Below are positions 1 to 12,695 of a stretch of 64,000 nucleotides of DNA, in pieces. Source of the stretch: Neodothiora populina. Lineage: Eukaryota. The stretch covers positions 1,116,001 through 1,180,000 of the forward strand of contig NW_027191415.1 in NCBI RefSeq assembly GCF_041146345.1, in the 5' to 3' direction. How positions within the stretch are numbered: the stretch's first letter is position 1; each line of letters begins with the position of its first letter. Under the pieces are notes generated by a model that worked only from the letters and a program-made list of their open reading frames with translations, ran no database searches and had not been told where the DNA came from. A program made the position numbers and the translations under genes.

Positions 1-115
1 GAGTTTTCCCGGCTTCCACCCCGCTGCACTGTTGCTTGGCACCTTGATACGTCGTCATACGGGACTGGTATAGACATTAGACAACCAGGTAGGTTCCAAT
101 AGGTGTCACGCCGCA

Positions 116-3100
116 ATGCTGTCCGCCTTTCGGCCTGAAGCTATCTATGAGCTCAGACAACAGGACAAGTCCAAGATAGAGTCCGTTCTTGCATACGGTG
201 ACAGACTCCTCGTAGGCCTCAATTCAGGCAGCCTTCGAATCTACCGCATCAACGAACCCTCAGACCCGTCTCGAGATGGCAGCAGCACAGAACCCCGAAC
301 GAAAAAGCCCAAGGCAGTGGAGCTTCTCCGGGAAGAGGAAAAGTTCTCCCGTCGAGCTGTCTTACAATTGGCCATAATCAAAGAAGCCAACATTCTCATC
401 TCTCTGTCCGACTCGTACGTCTCGATCCACAATCGCCAAACATTTGCCTTGCAAGAGAAACTCGAAAGGACAAAAGGCGCGTCCAGCTTTGCCGTCACCA
501 GTAATGTCGTGAACGATGCGGAAACCGGAGTGCCGAGTCTGGTCAGTAGATTGGCCGTGGCCGTAAAGAGGAGAATCATCTGGTGGACCTGGCGAGACAC
601 GGAGCTGGAAGACGACGTGCGCGAGATTTCTCTTCCCCACAGCGTCAAGTCATTGCTCTGGGCGGACGGCACCAATATCATGGTCGGCATGGATCCAGGA
701 TTCACACTTGTCGACATCACATCCAACGCGACAGTCGACATCTACAAATCGAGCACTGCAGGAGAGGCCACCGCTGCAGGTCAGACGGGCGCAGTCCGAT
801 TTGCTGCCGTCAGTAGCAGCGGCATGGGATACATGGGTATGGGATCTTGGGTTCCGAAGCCAATGTCTACCAACCTTCGTGAAGGAGAAGTCTTGCTCGC
901 AAAGGACGTCAACACGCTGTTTGTCAACGCCCAAGGCAAGCCATTGGAGAAGCGACAGATCCCATGGCACAGCCCCCCGGAAGCTATTGGCTATTCCTAC
1001 CCATATCTTTTGAGTTTACGACAGTCCAACACAACCAAGGAGGGCGCTCTGGACGTCAGAAACCCTGCTACCTTGAGCTTACTGCAAACAATCCCCCTAC
1101 CAAATGCGTCAATCCTGCATGTGCCTCGGCCGAATATAAGTCTTGCCCACGCCGGTAAAGGATTCCTGGTGGCCAGCGACAGAGTCATCTGGCGTATGGC
1201 TGCCTTGAGCTACGAAGAGCAAATCGACGAGCTTGTGTCAAAACAAAAGCTAGACGAGGCCATCAGTCTACTAGAGCAACTGGAAGATACTCTGCTCGAC
1301 GACAAAAAAGGCAAGATGAGAGAAATCCGCATCACCAAGGCCAAACTTTTGTTCGAGCAACAGAAATACAGACCTGCCCTGGATCTGTTTACTGACGCAC
1401 AAGCTCCGCCCGCCAGAGTCATAGCTCTGTACCCCAGGACTATCGCTGGAGATCTATCCAAGATCGAAGACGAACAAGATACCGAAGCCGAACAATCATC
1501 AGACGAGCAACCTTCGAATGACAGCGAGACCACAGATGACGACAAAAAGAAAGCATCGCCTGAGCCAGCTGAAACGTCTCAGGACACCCCCATCTCTGCA
1601 CAAAAGTCGATGTTCGGTCGACTAAAGGGCCAAGCAAAAAAGATCGATTCAGATGCCGCATCAATTTCCTCAGTCCGGACTGCAGCAACGGCAAGGTCCA
1701 TCACGAGGCCACTCGAAGGTCCAGATCTGAAGGCCGCCGTCATGGCGCTTTGCTCATTCCTGGCGTATGCCCGTGTTGAAATCCAAAAATATCTCAACAC
1801 TGACGGCACACTCAAAGTTCCTGTCGAAGACAACAAGCCTCCATTCGAATACCTCATTGACCTGACACAAGTCGACCAGCCCGACTGGCAAGAAGAGCTA
1901 CTGCAAGTCGCAAAACTAGTCGACACCACTCTGTTCCGCAGCTACATGCACGCGCTGCCATCCCTCGCCGGCCCCCTGTTCCGTCTCGACAACTTTTGCG
2001 ATCCGCACGTCGTCGAAGAAAAGCTGTACGAGCAAGGTCGATACCAGGACCTTATTGATTTTCTGTACGGCAAGAAACTGCATCGTGAAGCGCTTGAAGA
2101 GCTGGCGCGATTCGGCAAGAACGAAGCCGCAGATGAAGTCATGCCGGCACTCCGAGGACCCAGCCGGACCGTCAGTTATCTTCAAGCCTTGCCACCTGAT
2201 ATGATTGACATCATCCTTGAATTTGCCGAGTGGCCTTTGAGGACAGAGCCTGACATCGGCATGGAAATCTTCATCGCCGACACGGAGAATGCAGAGCAAT
2301 TGCCCAGGGATCAGGTGCTCAAGTTTCTGGCTGGCATCGACAAGATCCTCGCCGTCAGGTATCTCGAGCATATCATCTCCGAGTTGAGCGACTCGACGCC
2401 AGAGTTCCACCAGCGACTCGTTGATTTTTACCTCGAGCAGCTGAAATCGGGCGAGCTTGCCGACGACGAGGCCAAGGACGAGGCCAGAGAAAAGCTGGAA
2501 GAGTTCCTGAGGACGAGTGACCGCTACAACAAGGCAAAGACGTTCAATCAGCTGCCCTCCGATGGTAAGTCACCCGTGTCCTTCTTCATACAATCACTAA
2601 CGATTCAGATCCCGCTTTATACGAGTCTCGTGCAATCGTTCTCTCCGCCATGGGCAACCACAAGCAAGCCCTGCAGATCTATGTCTTCCAGATCCAAAAC
2701 TACGAAAAAGCCGAGACTTACTGCAACAAAATCTACCTCGCCTCACAACAAACCGCCAACACTCCCGGCACTCCAAGCTCTGTGACTTCTCCCACCGAAA
2801 CCAGCGGCAGAGCCAAACGTCTTGGTTTTGGCACGGCAGTAGCACAAGACAAGAAAGCGTTCAACCCATACGACGCCGACGACTCCACGCCAAACATATA
2901 CACCACTCTTCTCTCATTGTACCTCCGTCCACCTCCTCCCCACCAAAAACAAGTCCTCTGGCCTCCTGCGCTTGACCTCCTCTCCAAACACGGCGCCCGA
3001 CTCCCCGCATCAGCGACACTAGACCTCATGCCCAACGACCTCCTCATCCGCGAGCTAGAAGCCTACTTCTGCGGCCGCGTCCGAAACGCCAACAGTGTGC

Positions 3101-3390
3101 GCAACGAAGAGCGCATCACCAAGGGCCTCGAGGGCGTGAGGAAAGTCGAGCTAGAACGAGAGTTACTCCTCGGCGGCGGAGCAGTCAAGGGCACAAAGGG
3201 ACGTAATCGACGAGTCGTGATCAGAGAAGACGACCATTGCAAGGTCTGCCACAAGCGGTTCGGCAATTCGGCCATCAGGGTCTATCCTGATAACGAGGTC
3301 ATTCATTATGGCTGTGTCGGCAGGAGTGGAGTCAAGCGTATGGCTGCGGGCGGTGATTTCGATGCCATGAGGAGGATGCCGTGGAGCTGA
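116..3390 (+). CDS. VPS39: HOPS complex subunit Vam6/Vps39 (AvaB); intron 2565-2608
   Basis: N-terminal CNH-type beta-propeller, VDTTLFRSY and LIDFLYGKKLHREAL segments, C-terminal CKVCHKRFGNS..HYGC zinc finger. A GTAAGT..CTAAC..CAG intron joins ORFs 116..2785 and 2650..3390 in frame (LPSD|DPALYESRAIVLSAMG). Confidence 0.95.
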
Positions 3391-3528
3391 GTTGGTTTCT
3401 GTTGTTGCTGTATATACCCCATGACTGTTAGCTCACTCGAATCGACTTTCTCACTCGCTTGTATTGTGCATGCTGTAATGTGACCCAAGTGAATTGAAGA
3501 GTTCATCGAATGTGAAAGCACTGACCAG

Positions 3529-3726
3529 TTGTGCCTGGGTCTTCTGGACACTGGTGACTTCAAGACTTATTTCGAAGACCTTCTGACCAAAAAGGTCGCC
3601 TTATACATTTGCTTTCTGGAAGCCAGAAAGGGCCTAGCCGTCAAGACCAGTAAAGGCAAATTGCCGACATTCGGGACCGTTTATGACATACTCACAGCCC
3701 AAGACACGCCCAGCAGACACTGTTGA
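3529..3726 (+). pseudogene. Fragment paralogous to the N-terminal part of the SNF2-like pseudogene at 17357
   Basis: LGLLDTGDFKTYFEDLLTKKVALYICFLEARKGLAVKTSKGKLPTFGTVYDILT aligns without gaps to LGLLGTRDFKAYFRDHLAKKMALYFCFSKTRKGLDFKTTKGKLPSFDVLYDALT in ORF 16740..17357. Confidence 0.8.
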
Positions 3727-3777
3727 CGACCCTGTAACGCCAGCCTAAGACGCCGGGCTCCGGCCCCCAAGAAACAA

Positions 3778-3905
3778 GATCTCAAGCAATAGCAATTATG
3801 GATATGGACTTCTGGAGCATGTCACAGTAGTAAATTTTCTCTTGTAAAGTCTTTGAGATACGACTAAGTTTGGGCGCGTGCCTGGAGGGTTTGCCTCTTC
3901 CCAAA
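3778..3905 (-). repeat. Copy A of a ~110-130 bp coding-derived repeat (others at ~5098-5222 and ~18720-18860)
   Basis: Shared gatat.gac..c.g.agcatgtcaca and gcgYgtgcctgg.gg blocks; minus-strand translation PPGTR ... YCDMLQ.SISI. Confidence 0.75.
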
Positions 3906-4954
3906 CGCAATGATAATTCGTTGTAAATCTGCGCTGTCCCTTGCATAGGCATTTCTTTTTTTTTTGCCATGTTGAGCTGAAAGATTCCGGAGACATGACG
4001 ACAATGTCACCTCTACAATGGAATTGTCGAGGGATCTTGGTATAGTTTAATGTGATTAGTGCATTTGTTGTCACACTACAACAAAGTTGTCGTGAGATTG
4101 TAGTCTGAAGCAGAGAGATCCTAACACTTCAAGTGCTTGAAAGTAATTGGAAAGTGGCAAGCTGTCCATGTACTTGCAAGACTGGAAATTACCAGCTTCA
4201 TCAGCTCTGTGCAAGGGTTTGTGCCTTCCTGTTAGGGTTCTGCAGATGCAACGCCGCTATTCCCAAGTCCACAATGTTGATGGGGTGGACATGCCACATG
4301 GCATCGTGTCGACAAGTCATCACGTCGTCATCTTTCAATCTTGACATGGTGCAAGGGAAGCATGTAGCTTCGACTTAGAAGTCTCTCGTAACATGATTTG
4401 GATGCAACGAATCTGGCCGGCGCTTCATATCACATAAGATGATCAGAATTTTATCGCCGAGCTTCATAACCGCCAATTATCAAGTTATTCCAACTCCGAA
4501 GTTTGTCATGAAGCGGGTGAAAGTAGAACGAGGAGGGCTAGAGGCTGCTCACTCAAGGTTGGCACTTCACTGCAAATTTGAGCTAATGTTCTAGGGCAGG
4601 GCAGCAAACGAGGGGCCAGCCACCGCTACACTGTAGAGGTGTACGTTGAATAAGCATGTGATCTGATTGGACCAGCCACTTCACGTCCACTTGAGTAGAA
4701 CAAGGCAGCCTTGTGTTTAGGTCGATGCGGCATACGTGATAAAACTCTCATTTTCTCTCAACAGCCTCCTGTAGAACTTCATCTCAGGTTACTTCCTTCT
4801 CTGCTTCCCTTTTCTCCTACCTGCATCCTTCTCTGTCTTTCGTCTCCTGCAGCTTTGCTGGCACTCCCCTCTCTGCTTACTTCCTCCTCCTTACCCTTCT
4901 CTATCTTTCTCTGCTCCAGCTTTGCTGTGACTCCCGTTACACCTCTTTGGTACC

Positions 4955-5049
4955 ATGATGGCACCAAAGAGCAGATATTCCAACGCTTTGGGCACCTCTA
5001 TAGAGGTGCCTAATCTATCCCTGAAAATAATTGCACGAGAATGTCTGGG
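4955..5049 (+). pseudogene. Second fragment paralogous to the start of the SNF2-like pseudogene
   Basis: MAPKSRYSNALGTSIEVPNLSLKIIA versus MAPKSRYVNNMGTSIEVPSCSIQNIA at 17357; preceded by a CT-rich promoter/5'UTR-like tract (~4770-4950). Confidence 0.8.
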
Positions 5050-5140
5050 GACAAGGAATCAGGCACACGCGCCAGGCACCAGCGTCGCAGTGACGAATCT
5101 CGAATACTATAGGGATATTGATATAGACATCCGGAGCATG

Positions 5141-5842
5141 TCACAGCAATATCTTCATTCTATCAAGTTGCTGAGAGACAGCGGAGATTGTGCGTGTGCC
5201 TGGAGGTTGCGCCTCTCCCAATTGCGGCTCTTTACGTACGAGGTCATCCTCTTTACTCGCTAGCGTCGCCCTGACTCTGCCTGTAGATTGTTGGTTGAGA
5301 GTGATGATGGTCTCGAGCTCCTCTATTTTTCGATCCTTCTGGTCAGCGTCGGCTTTAGCTTGATATGTCGCCTTCTCTGATTCGATGAGTTTCAGGGTAG
5401 CGTTCTCCAATTCATCTTGCTGTTGCGTGTATGAGTTGATCAGGCGATTGTGTGCGGCGACAAGGGTTTTTGACTTTTCTAATTCAGAGTCATAAGCCTG
5501 AGAAAAATGAGAGATTGTTTCGTCTTTGGCCTCAAGTGCCATACGAGATGTGTTCAGTTTCTCTTGATGGTCAATCAAAGTTGCCTTTGCTTCCTGCATC
5601 TCGTGTGAGTGCTGCTGTTCTGAGCAATGCAGTGCTTTTTGAAGTCTGTAGATCTCAGCCATCGCTGCAACTTTCGAAGCTTCTGCGTTTTTAAGCTGGA
5701 GTTCAAGCTTACCCTGATCCACCATGGCATCGTGATACTTGTATGAGATACTCTGAGATTCAATCAATGCATTTTTTGTCTCCTGTATTCTTCCTTCGAG
5801 TTTCTTGCATTCTTCACGGGCCTTTGCATAGATTGCAGTCAA
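5141..5842 (-). pseudogene. Orphan coiled-coil ORF, no ATG start (5' truncated); C-terminus is repeat copy B
   Basis: 233 open codons rich in E/K/Q/L/A heptads, ending PPGTRTISAVSQQLD. Confidence 0.6.
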
Positions 5843-6015
5843 TTAATCCTGGAGAGATGAGATGATGGAGGAAACAGCGAGATCGTCTCCAGTAAGGAAG
5901 CGGCGGTGTGGTTCTCGTCCGAAGCCAAGTACAACGGGACCGTAGTGAATCTCAATCACTCAGTTGCACAGCACAGTGAGCATGAAGATCAAAACCAGCT
6001 TGATGCTCCCACCTG

Positions 6016-7159
6016 TTGATCAAGCATCTTTGCCAGACGATAGACGCCGCCTACGTGGACATGAGACAGGCTCATCGACGAGTGGTGTGCCTAAGAGCTC
6101 CTCCCAACCTGCCACCGCTCCCAGTACTCAAGCAGATCCTCCTGCTGGAAGCCCAGTCGCTCAACAGGGGAGAGGGACGACCCCCAGGCTCGCGACTAAT
6201 TCTCGCCGTGTCTCAATGACTTGGCAGAATTCCAAGGAATATGCAGAAGCAACTGGAACATATCCAAAATGGTATTGTAAAGATTGTGACTGTATGGGAC
6301 GAGGTGTTCCAGATCAAGGATTTTCTCGACAAAACCCTCAACAAGTGTAGAAGGCGGACCTTTGAGAGTGCTTTCACTGAATATCCAGCGGTTCGAGGTG
6401 GTCTAATAGATTACTTGAAAGGGTTGCTAGTCAGCGCTCAAGCTCGTTCGAAAGATCATCCAAATGAGGCCAAAAATGCTACAGTAGCGTTAGAGAAGCT
6501 CAATTGAGTTGAAACATGTGCAACAGTCCTTGGCCAGCACGCAAGATACCTCGAGAAGGCATTGCCACCAGTCTGAAGATGCCAGGACGGCATACGACAA
6601 GGTCGGTTAAGAATTAACAGAGATGCGTAAGTCAACACATGAGATGGTTGAATGGTTGGGATCTAGAAATTATTGCTCGACGATTGCTCAGTGACCACAA
6701 CGTGAATTTGTAACAACTGCAGAGTGTTTGAAAGTGAATTCCCGAAAACTGCTCGATGATTGCTCAGTGATCAGAGAGTCAGTAAATCCCCAATGACCGT
6801 GAAGTGAACGATCAGCGACAGCAATTATCCAGAAAAAGGTAATCGAAGACTTTGGCCTCCTGAGGAAGGAGCCTGATGAGGACAAGGAGGAAATATTCAA
6901 GACTTGCGCAGCGTTTATTGACCAGTGGCAAGAGATCATGGATGGAAATTTGAACATGCTTGATGAAGTGCAGAGGATGGGGCACATGCAGACTTTCGAA
7001 GAGGAAAAGGCTAGACTTTTACAATTAGAGGACCGTCTGAAAAATGACGGTGTCGACGATTGCCTGAGACAGATAGGCTATATAAACACCGATGAAAACG
7101 AGCAGGTCATGGAGGAGACACAGGAGGAAGAGGACATGGACAACGAGGACAAGAATTAG
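6016..7159 (+). pseudogene. Degenerate orphan coding remnants with acidic tail
   Basis: ORFs 6016..6219 and 6241..6507 share a frame across a stop; ~6824-7159 reads as helical protein with an E/D-rich end. No family recognised. Confidence 0.35.
6672..6822 (+). repeat. Degenerate 11-bp-based array related to 9781-9940, forward orientation
   Basis: tgctcgaYgattgctcagtga at 6674 and 6750; resembles the reverse complement of the 9781-9940 units. Confidence 0.6.
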
Positions 7160-8783
7160 GTGAACATGGAGGAAGAGGATGTTGAGAATGAAGTGGATAA
7201 GGTATGGAGGAAGAGGAGGTGAGCCAAGACCTGTGACTTACCAGGAGGTCGGGACAGGATGCCGTACATTACCTTACCTTAGTGTTTGATGCGGACGGCG
7301 TTAGGGATGATGTCCAACTACTGTAGCTTTGGTTCATTCACGCAGGACGAAATCGTTCTCAAGGCTCAGTCTCCCACGGAAGATTGTCAATCGATTACAT
7401 ACGGGATCCCGTGAACCTCGATCACCGACTGTATTTGGGCGCGGATGTTCGAACATACCGACAATCTGAGCCTGAGTCCGAGTCCGGGTCTGATTCTCCA
7501 GCCAGATCACGGCTCACTAGAATCATAATTGCTCGGGCATGGAGCTCTGGAGTAACGAAGACCGACGTCGGTCAGATTGAGTGTCGAAGGATTCGATCCA
7601 CCGCAGTCTACAGGAAGGGGCGCCTTTCAGCCAGCGGCTTCAGTCGTAGGAATACAAGAGTCCTGCTCCGGATCCTGCTCCTTGAACATGGCCACAGGTG
7701 CCAGCATGGTATAGTGTCGTCAAGACGTCGAGACCTGAGACTCATGGACGAGGCTTCCTTGAGATACTTGATCTTGCTCCCTTCGTAAGATATATCTGCT
7801 CGTACATCCAAGACAGCCCAACCGAATATAATGCGCTATCCGTACGAGGAAACCCTTTGACGAACCGAGGTCATGCTGTTGCTGTCTGTACCAGCTGAGG
7901 GGACGACTGCCTGCTTCCACGTATCTCGAGACGAAAGACTGGTCCTGTCAGTGAAGTGCTTGTTCATATCTGCTCAGGGTCAGAGCTTCTTCGTGTCCTA
8001 CAGTAAAGGGTTCGGGGTATGAGCTCGGACCTACTTGCCGACATTGTGGTACCGCCTCAGCACATACCCCGAGGTACGTACCATGCCTGGAATCTGTATA
8101 CCTCCAGGTACCTTATACCATAGCACAACAAGATGGCGCTGCCATTCACAGGGAGCATCGAAGTCGGATCACACAGGATGATGTGTATGATCTGGATGTT
8201 AGCTTTCTTTCAACACGAGTTACCAGATGACCAGACACTGACATCCACCTCCATGCGCTGACCACGGCAGATCCAGCTTCTACGCCAGTTCGGACACAGT
8301 GTATATACAACAAACCGCAAGACTGCCACCATTCCGCGACAACACAATATGGTTGGAGTACATATATAGGGTTGAAGGTATTCTGAAAGTGACCCGAACG
8401 ACTTCATCTATGGTCACGAAAAACTAGGCGCTGACGTCTGTGATTACGTACTGACCACACTCAGTCCACACAGGAACTAGCTCGCTCTACACAAGCTGTC
8501 TTTCCCTCTCCTTTCACTTACTCCCTAAGTTGATTGTATTAGCTTCAGCGCTTGTATGTCGTCCAAAGCAGGATGATAGCATCGTGCGTCTGCTGATCAT
8601 TGTAGCAATGGCGTATAATAGCAAACAACACCTAGAGGCGAAGGCGTGACCTTTCTCTTTCTCTCATCCTCCAGATGTCCCGGCTCGGCGTATTTCTTAA
8701 GATTCCGCTTTCAAAGCAGCGATATCAGCATCACGGGCAGCGATAGTCTGATGCTGCAGCCTGATTGTATCCTCTTTGCACTC

Positions 8784-9523
8784 CTATTCCTCTGCTCTTC
8801 TCTTGAGGTCGCCTGATAAAGTATAGTTACTGGCGATGAGTGTTGTTCTCTCCTCACTGAGAGCGTTGTTGCTTTCCACAAGAAGGCCATTCTGCGCACT
8901 AAGATTGTCACGCTCTTCTGCAAGGATGTGAATTTGCTCTTGGAGACTCTTCATGTCTGCTTGTTGCTTTGAGATTTTCTGATCGCGGCGCTCGATTCGA
9001 GACAGTAGTTCCTCTATGGCGGTTTCCAGACCCGCACTCTTCTCGGTACTCAAATCTGTTGTTACCTTGGAGATATGCATCTGCTCTGCTATCGTCTCGT
9101 CTCTAGCAACAATGGCGCGGCGGGAGGCTTCCCTATCTTGGTCTCTTTGGACTTCGAGATCGTACAGTCGCCGGTGCAACAACTGAGCGGAACCCTTCTG
9201 CTCTGTAAGTTTATAGTCTGATTGGTCGAGCGTCTCTTGATGCGAAGTCACCATTTCATCAAGTTTCGCCTGACTTGAATTTTTCGCTCTGTCTAAAGCG
9301 GATTCCAGCTCGGCGTATTTCTGATGCAAAGCATCAAAAGCTGTTTGTTTTTCCTCCAGCTCCTTCTGATGCGTCGCCCGTTCGGAAGCCAGCTTGCTCA
9401 TGTATTCATCTTCTATGTCTCTCAGCTTCTTCACCACAGAGTTATTGTTTGCTGTTGTCACGTTAGACTCATTCAGCAAGAATATGTAAGCGCTTCCGCC
9501 GGGCTCATACCTGAATTTGACAT
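8784..9523 (-). pseudogene. Spliced orphan coiled-coil gene (intron 9452-9510) with probable premature stop
   Basis: ATG 9523 and a GTATGA..CTAAC..CAG intron give MSNSA-NNNSVVKK in frame with ORF 8784..9479. Coiled-coil-like sequence continues after the TAG (ECKEDTIRLQHQTIAARDADIAALKAES*). Confidence 0.6.
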
Positions 9524-9614
9524 GACTGAGTTTACGTCCAATAGAATTGGAAGTGTTAGGGTAGTTGTATGAATTTTCGGTAGAGGAAGATGTCTATATG
9601 GGTAAGATGCTCAT

Positions 9615-9729
9615 GTGAGGTTCAACAAGTTAATCTAGAGAAGGAAGTCGCGCAGAGTTTTCATGTACACGGTAAGGTACCCCTCAAGTGAGGTTCAACA
9701 AGTCAGTCTGGAGAAGGAAGTCGCGCAGA
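9615..9729. repeat. 42-bp direct repeat, 73 bp offset
   Basis: gtgaggttcaacaagtYaRtctRgagaaggaagtcgcgcaga at 9615-9656 and 9688-9729; 3 mismatches, all transitions. Confidence 0.9.
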
Positions 9730-9780
9730 CTTTTCTCAGACTCTATTAGCGCTCTCCCATCTGCCTAGGAGGACCTACGG

Positions 9781-9940
9781 TATAATCATTGAGCAGTCAC
9801 TGAGACCTTCACTGTAGTTGTGAAGCGATCATTAAGGATTCGCACTGTAGTTATTGAGCAGTCATTCAGCACTCACAATGAAGTAATTGAGCCGGCAGTA
9901 AGGGCACAAATTATAGTCATCAGGCAGTCTCTGAGATCTG
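9781..9940 (-). repeat. 33-bp-period array (3 x 11 bp), reverse orientation
   Basis: Units start at 9781, 9813, 9846, 9879, 9912; core tRtagtYattgagcagtca. Confidence 0.75.
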
Positions 9941-10168
9941 GCTGTGTTGCCTCCATATACAGTCCCTGACCCCGACCATCAACATCACCCAGGGGCCGAA
10001 TACCTTGACGCCGAATGCCAGGCATTTATCTAGCAGTTCTACCCGGGGTGCATACAATCTCCGTCACCAGCGGCTTATCGATATGAGATTCTGGAGCGTC
10101 TAGTAACAGAGTGAGTGGAGGTGACATATTACATTATATCATAAGTCTCTGTGATGTGAAAGGGGGTA

Positions 10169-12426
10169 TCAACTCTGTCCCATCCGTCGCCTGCCCTCCT
10201 TACTACCCTTGACACTCCTCATGCTGACCCTCGGTCTCGACTTGCCTCTCGTCGTGCTAGCACCTGCTTTCTCCCTTTTGGCATTTAAAAGCCATGCGTT
10301 CATCGGAGGACGCACAGCGACGAATTTGCCTTCTGGGGAGAAGACTTCGATTTTAGGGACCTGGTCGTTTTGGTCTTCGATACTGGACGGAGAGAGGAGG
10401 GGTTTGAAGATTGAGATTCGAGGTGGTGATGCAGGTTCGGTTTCAGTCGAAGATTGGGTGTCGTAAGGCTTGTTCCTCGAGATCGAGTCGTCCTTTTGTT
10501 CATCTTGTTGAATGGAGTCGGTTTCCTCCTCGATCGCAGAGGTTTGTGTCTTCTTTCGGACTTGTGCAACGAGCTCTACCCATCCGACACCTTCAATGAG
10601 CACGTCCGCCCCATAGACCTTAAAGGCCAGCTTCTCGGGTCTGAGCTTTGCTGCACTGGGGTCGGTCAAAGGTCCCACTCGCTTCCTCGTCACGTCCCAT
10701 TGCAGCTTGAACGTGCCTGCGCTCTTAATCTTTGTGTCTGCCTGACCCAGCACACCGTCGGCAACAATCCTGTCGATGCCTCCAGTCGTCTTCATCTCCC
10801 TCTCGCCAGTCTCGATGCCCTCGGCTTTCGCTGTAGCGGTAACGTGAGGCTGTAGCGGTACAAATGGGTAAGCTAGCACTACGAGCTCTTGCTCTTTGGG
10901 TGGCGTGATACGTATGAGACCACCGCCGAGAAGAAGTGACTGTCCGGGCTTGATGACGTGTTGCTCTGGAGTTATTCTGTTCTTCATTACGAGCGTGTCA
11001 CGGTGCTCAGGCTTTACATATTCTTCGAGATTGCTGCGGGCGATGCCAGGAAGGTCGATGAGCTCGCCACGGCCAGATCCGAAGGGAATGCGGATGGGCG
11101 ATGCGGTCGTTCCAGGCAGAGACGATATGATTGGCATGACGGGGTACTGGGTTTCGTTTCGAGCAGGTGGCAAAAGGGAGACAGAGTCAAAATCTTCGTC
11201 TTCGTCGAGTAGAGCGTCCTCTTCCTCTGTGCGTGCGATTTCCGTTTCCTTTCCTTCGATGGTGGTTCCCATGTCAGTGTTGATTTCCCCCGGAAAATCC
11301 GCGGAGTGTCCACTAGTAGACGGTGCAGGCGTGAACTGCTCTAGTCTCTCCTTTCGTCTCAACTCATCAATGCTCAGGGCCTCACCCCCTCTTCCTTTCG
11401 GGAAGACAGCCTCAAAGAAGCCACTCTTTCCTACGTTGACTTTTCCTACCATCCAGCCTGCTCCGCCCCTGTCCCATACGTCCTCCTTGACCGTCTTCGT
11501 CCACCAACCTCGCTTGCTGCTGACGCAGCGGACGTTCCCTAGTCGCGCCTTCTCTCCCGTCTTTCCCAACGCTTCACGCAACGTCTCCCGCAGGTACGGC
11601 ATCAGACCATCGACCTGTTCCTTTTGCGGGGCGAGGAGATCTGAACGGGTGATAATGAAAGAAACTTCGGCGACCCGGCCCTTGAGGAATCGTTTGTCTT
11701 TGGATCTTCGATTCTGCGTCCGAAGACGAGGTAGTCGAAGCGCAGAGGTTAGATTCGGAATCACAGACATGGGGAAATCAGCAGCATCTATGATGTGGTA
11801 GATGTGATTTTCTTTGTGTGGCGAATCCTCGATGATGCTTTGGATGGACTCGATCGAGGGGTGTAAGATAGGCGTGCTGGTACTCCCAGAGTGATGAATC
11901 AAGTCATGGCAACGATCACATATCGGCGTCTGCCTCTGGACCTCTGCTTCTGCACAAAGATTAGTTTAATGGCATCTTTGCATGATCCAAAAAACTCACT
12001 GGTAGCTTTGATTCCATCTTTCAACCCAAGGGCAGACAAGACTTTCTTGTCCACATTCTGTAAGGCATCTGCCATGACCTTGTCTTGCTCATCTACATCT
12101 TCTCTGATGAAGTTCTTCACTCCCGATCGATTTAGGTTATAAAAGCCAGCTTCCTCGGGCGAGATGGCTTGACTGGGTGCTCCACAGCCCGGGCATGATA
12201 GAGGTAGACGTGTCGTCTTTGCCTGGATGCTATGAGGATCTTCTGAAGGATGGGGTGCCGATTCAAGTGCAATACAAAACTTCCTTGAGCTTGAAAATGA
12301 TCTCACGGCACAGGCTAGAGCACCTTGGTGGATCACCGGCCCCGTCAAACATGGCCTGGCGACATGTGGAGAGTGATCAGCAATCTGCCGTGCTATTTTT
12401 CTTTGATGTCGCCAGATGGACCTCAT
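10169..12426 (-). CDS. GEP3: Mitochondrial circularly permuted GTPase Gep3/Mtg3 (YqeH/NOA1 family); intron 11950-11999
   Basis: CPGC..CDRC zinc finger restored by splicing; TRSDLL (G4), VGKVNVGKS (G1), SSLPGTT (G2), DLPG (G3); basic presequence. Confidence 0.92.
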
Positions 12427-12695
12427 CTTGTTGATTCACAGGGAAATGGTCGTCGACTCTAGATGGATTGTGACTTTATTCGCAATGATGCCAGTCAAAG
12501 TGGCCAAAGGTCTTGACCCGAACTTGGCCGCATTCGAGCCACTGCCGAGCTCCGACTCGCCGAAACGGAAGGACCCTGGACCCTGGATCCGAGAACGTCC
12601 ACTCATGAATCACTTCCTTCCTATCTTTGCCATCAACGTCACTATACAAGAACAATCGTATCAAGAAGACAATCAAACAAATCAAGTTCATCACA

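Noticed and set aside
10896..11801. 301-aa antisense ORF over GEP3 (also 12416..13129 over SDH8)
   Set aside because: Overlap recognised genes and have no protein-like motifs.
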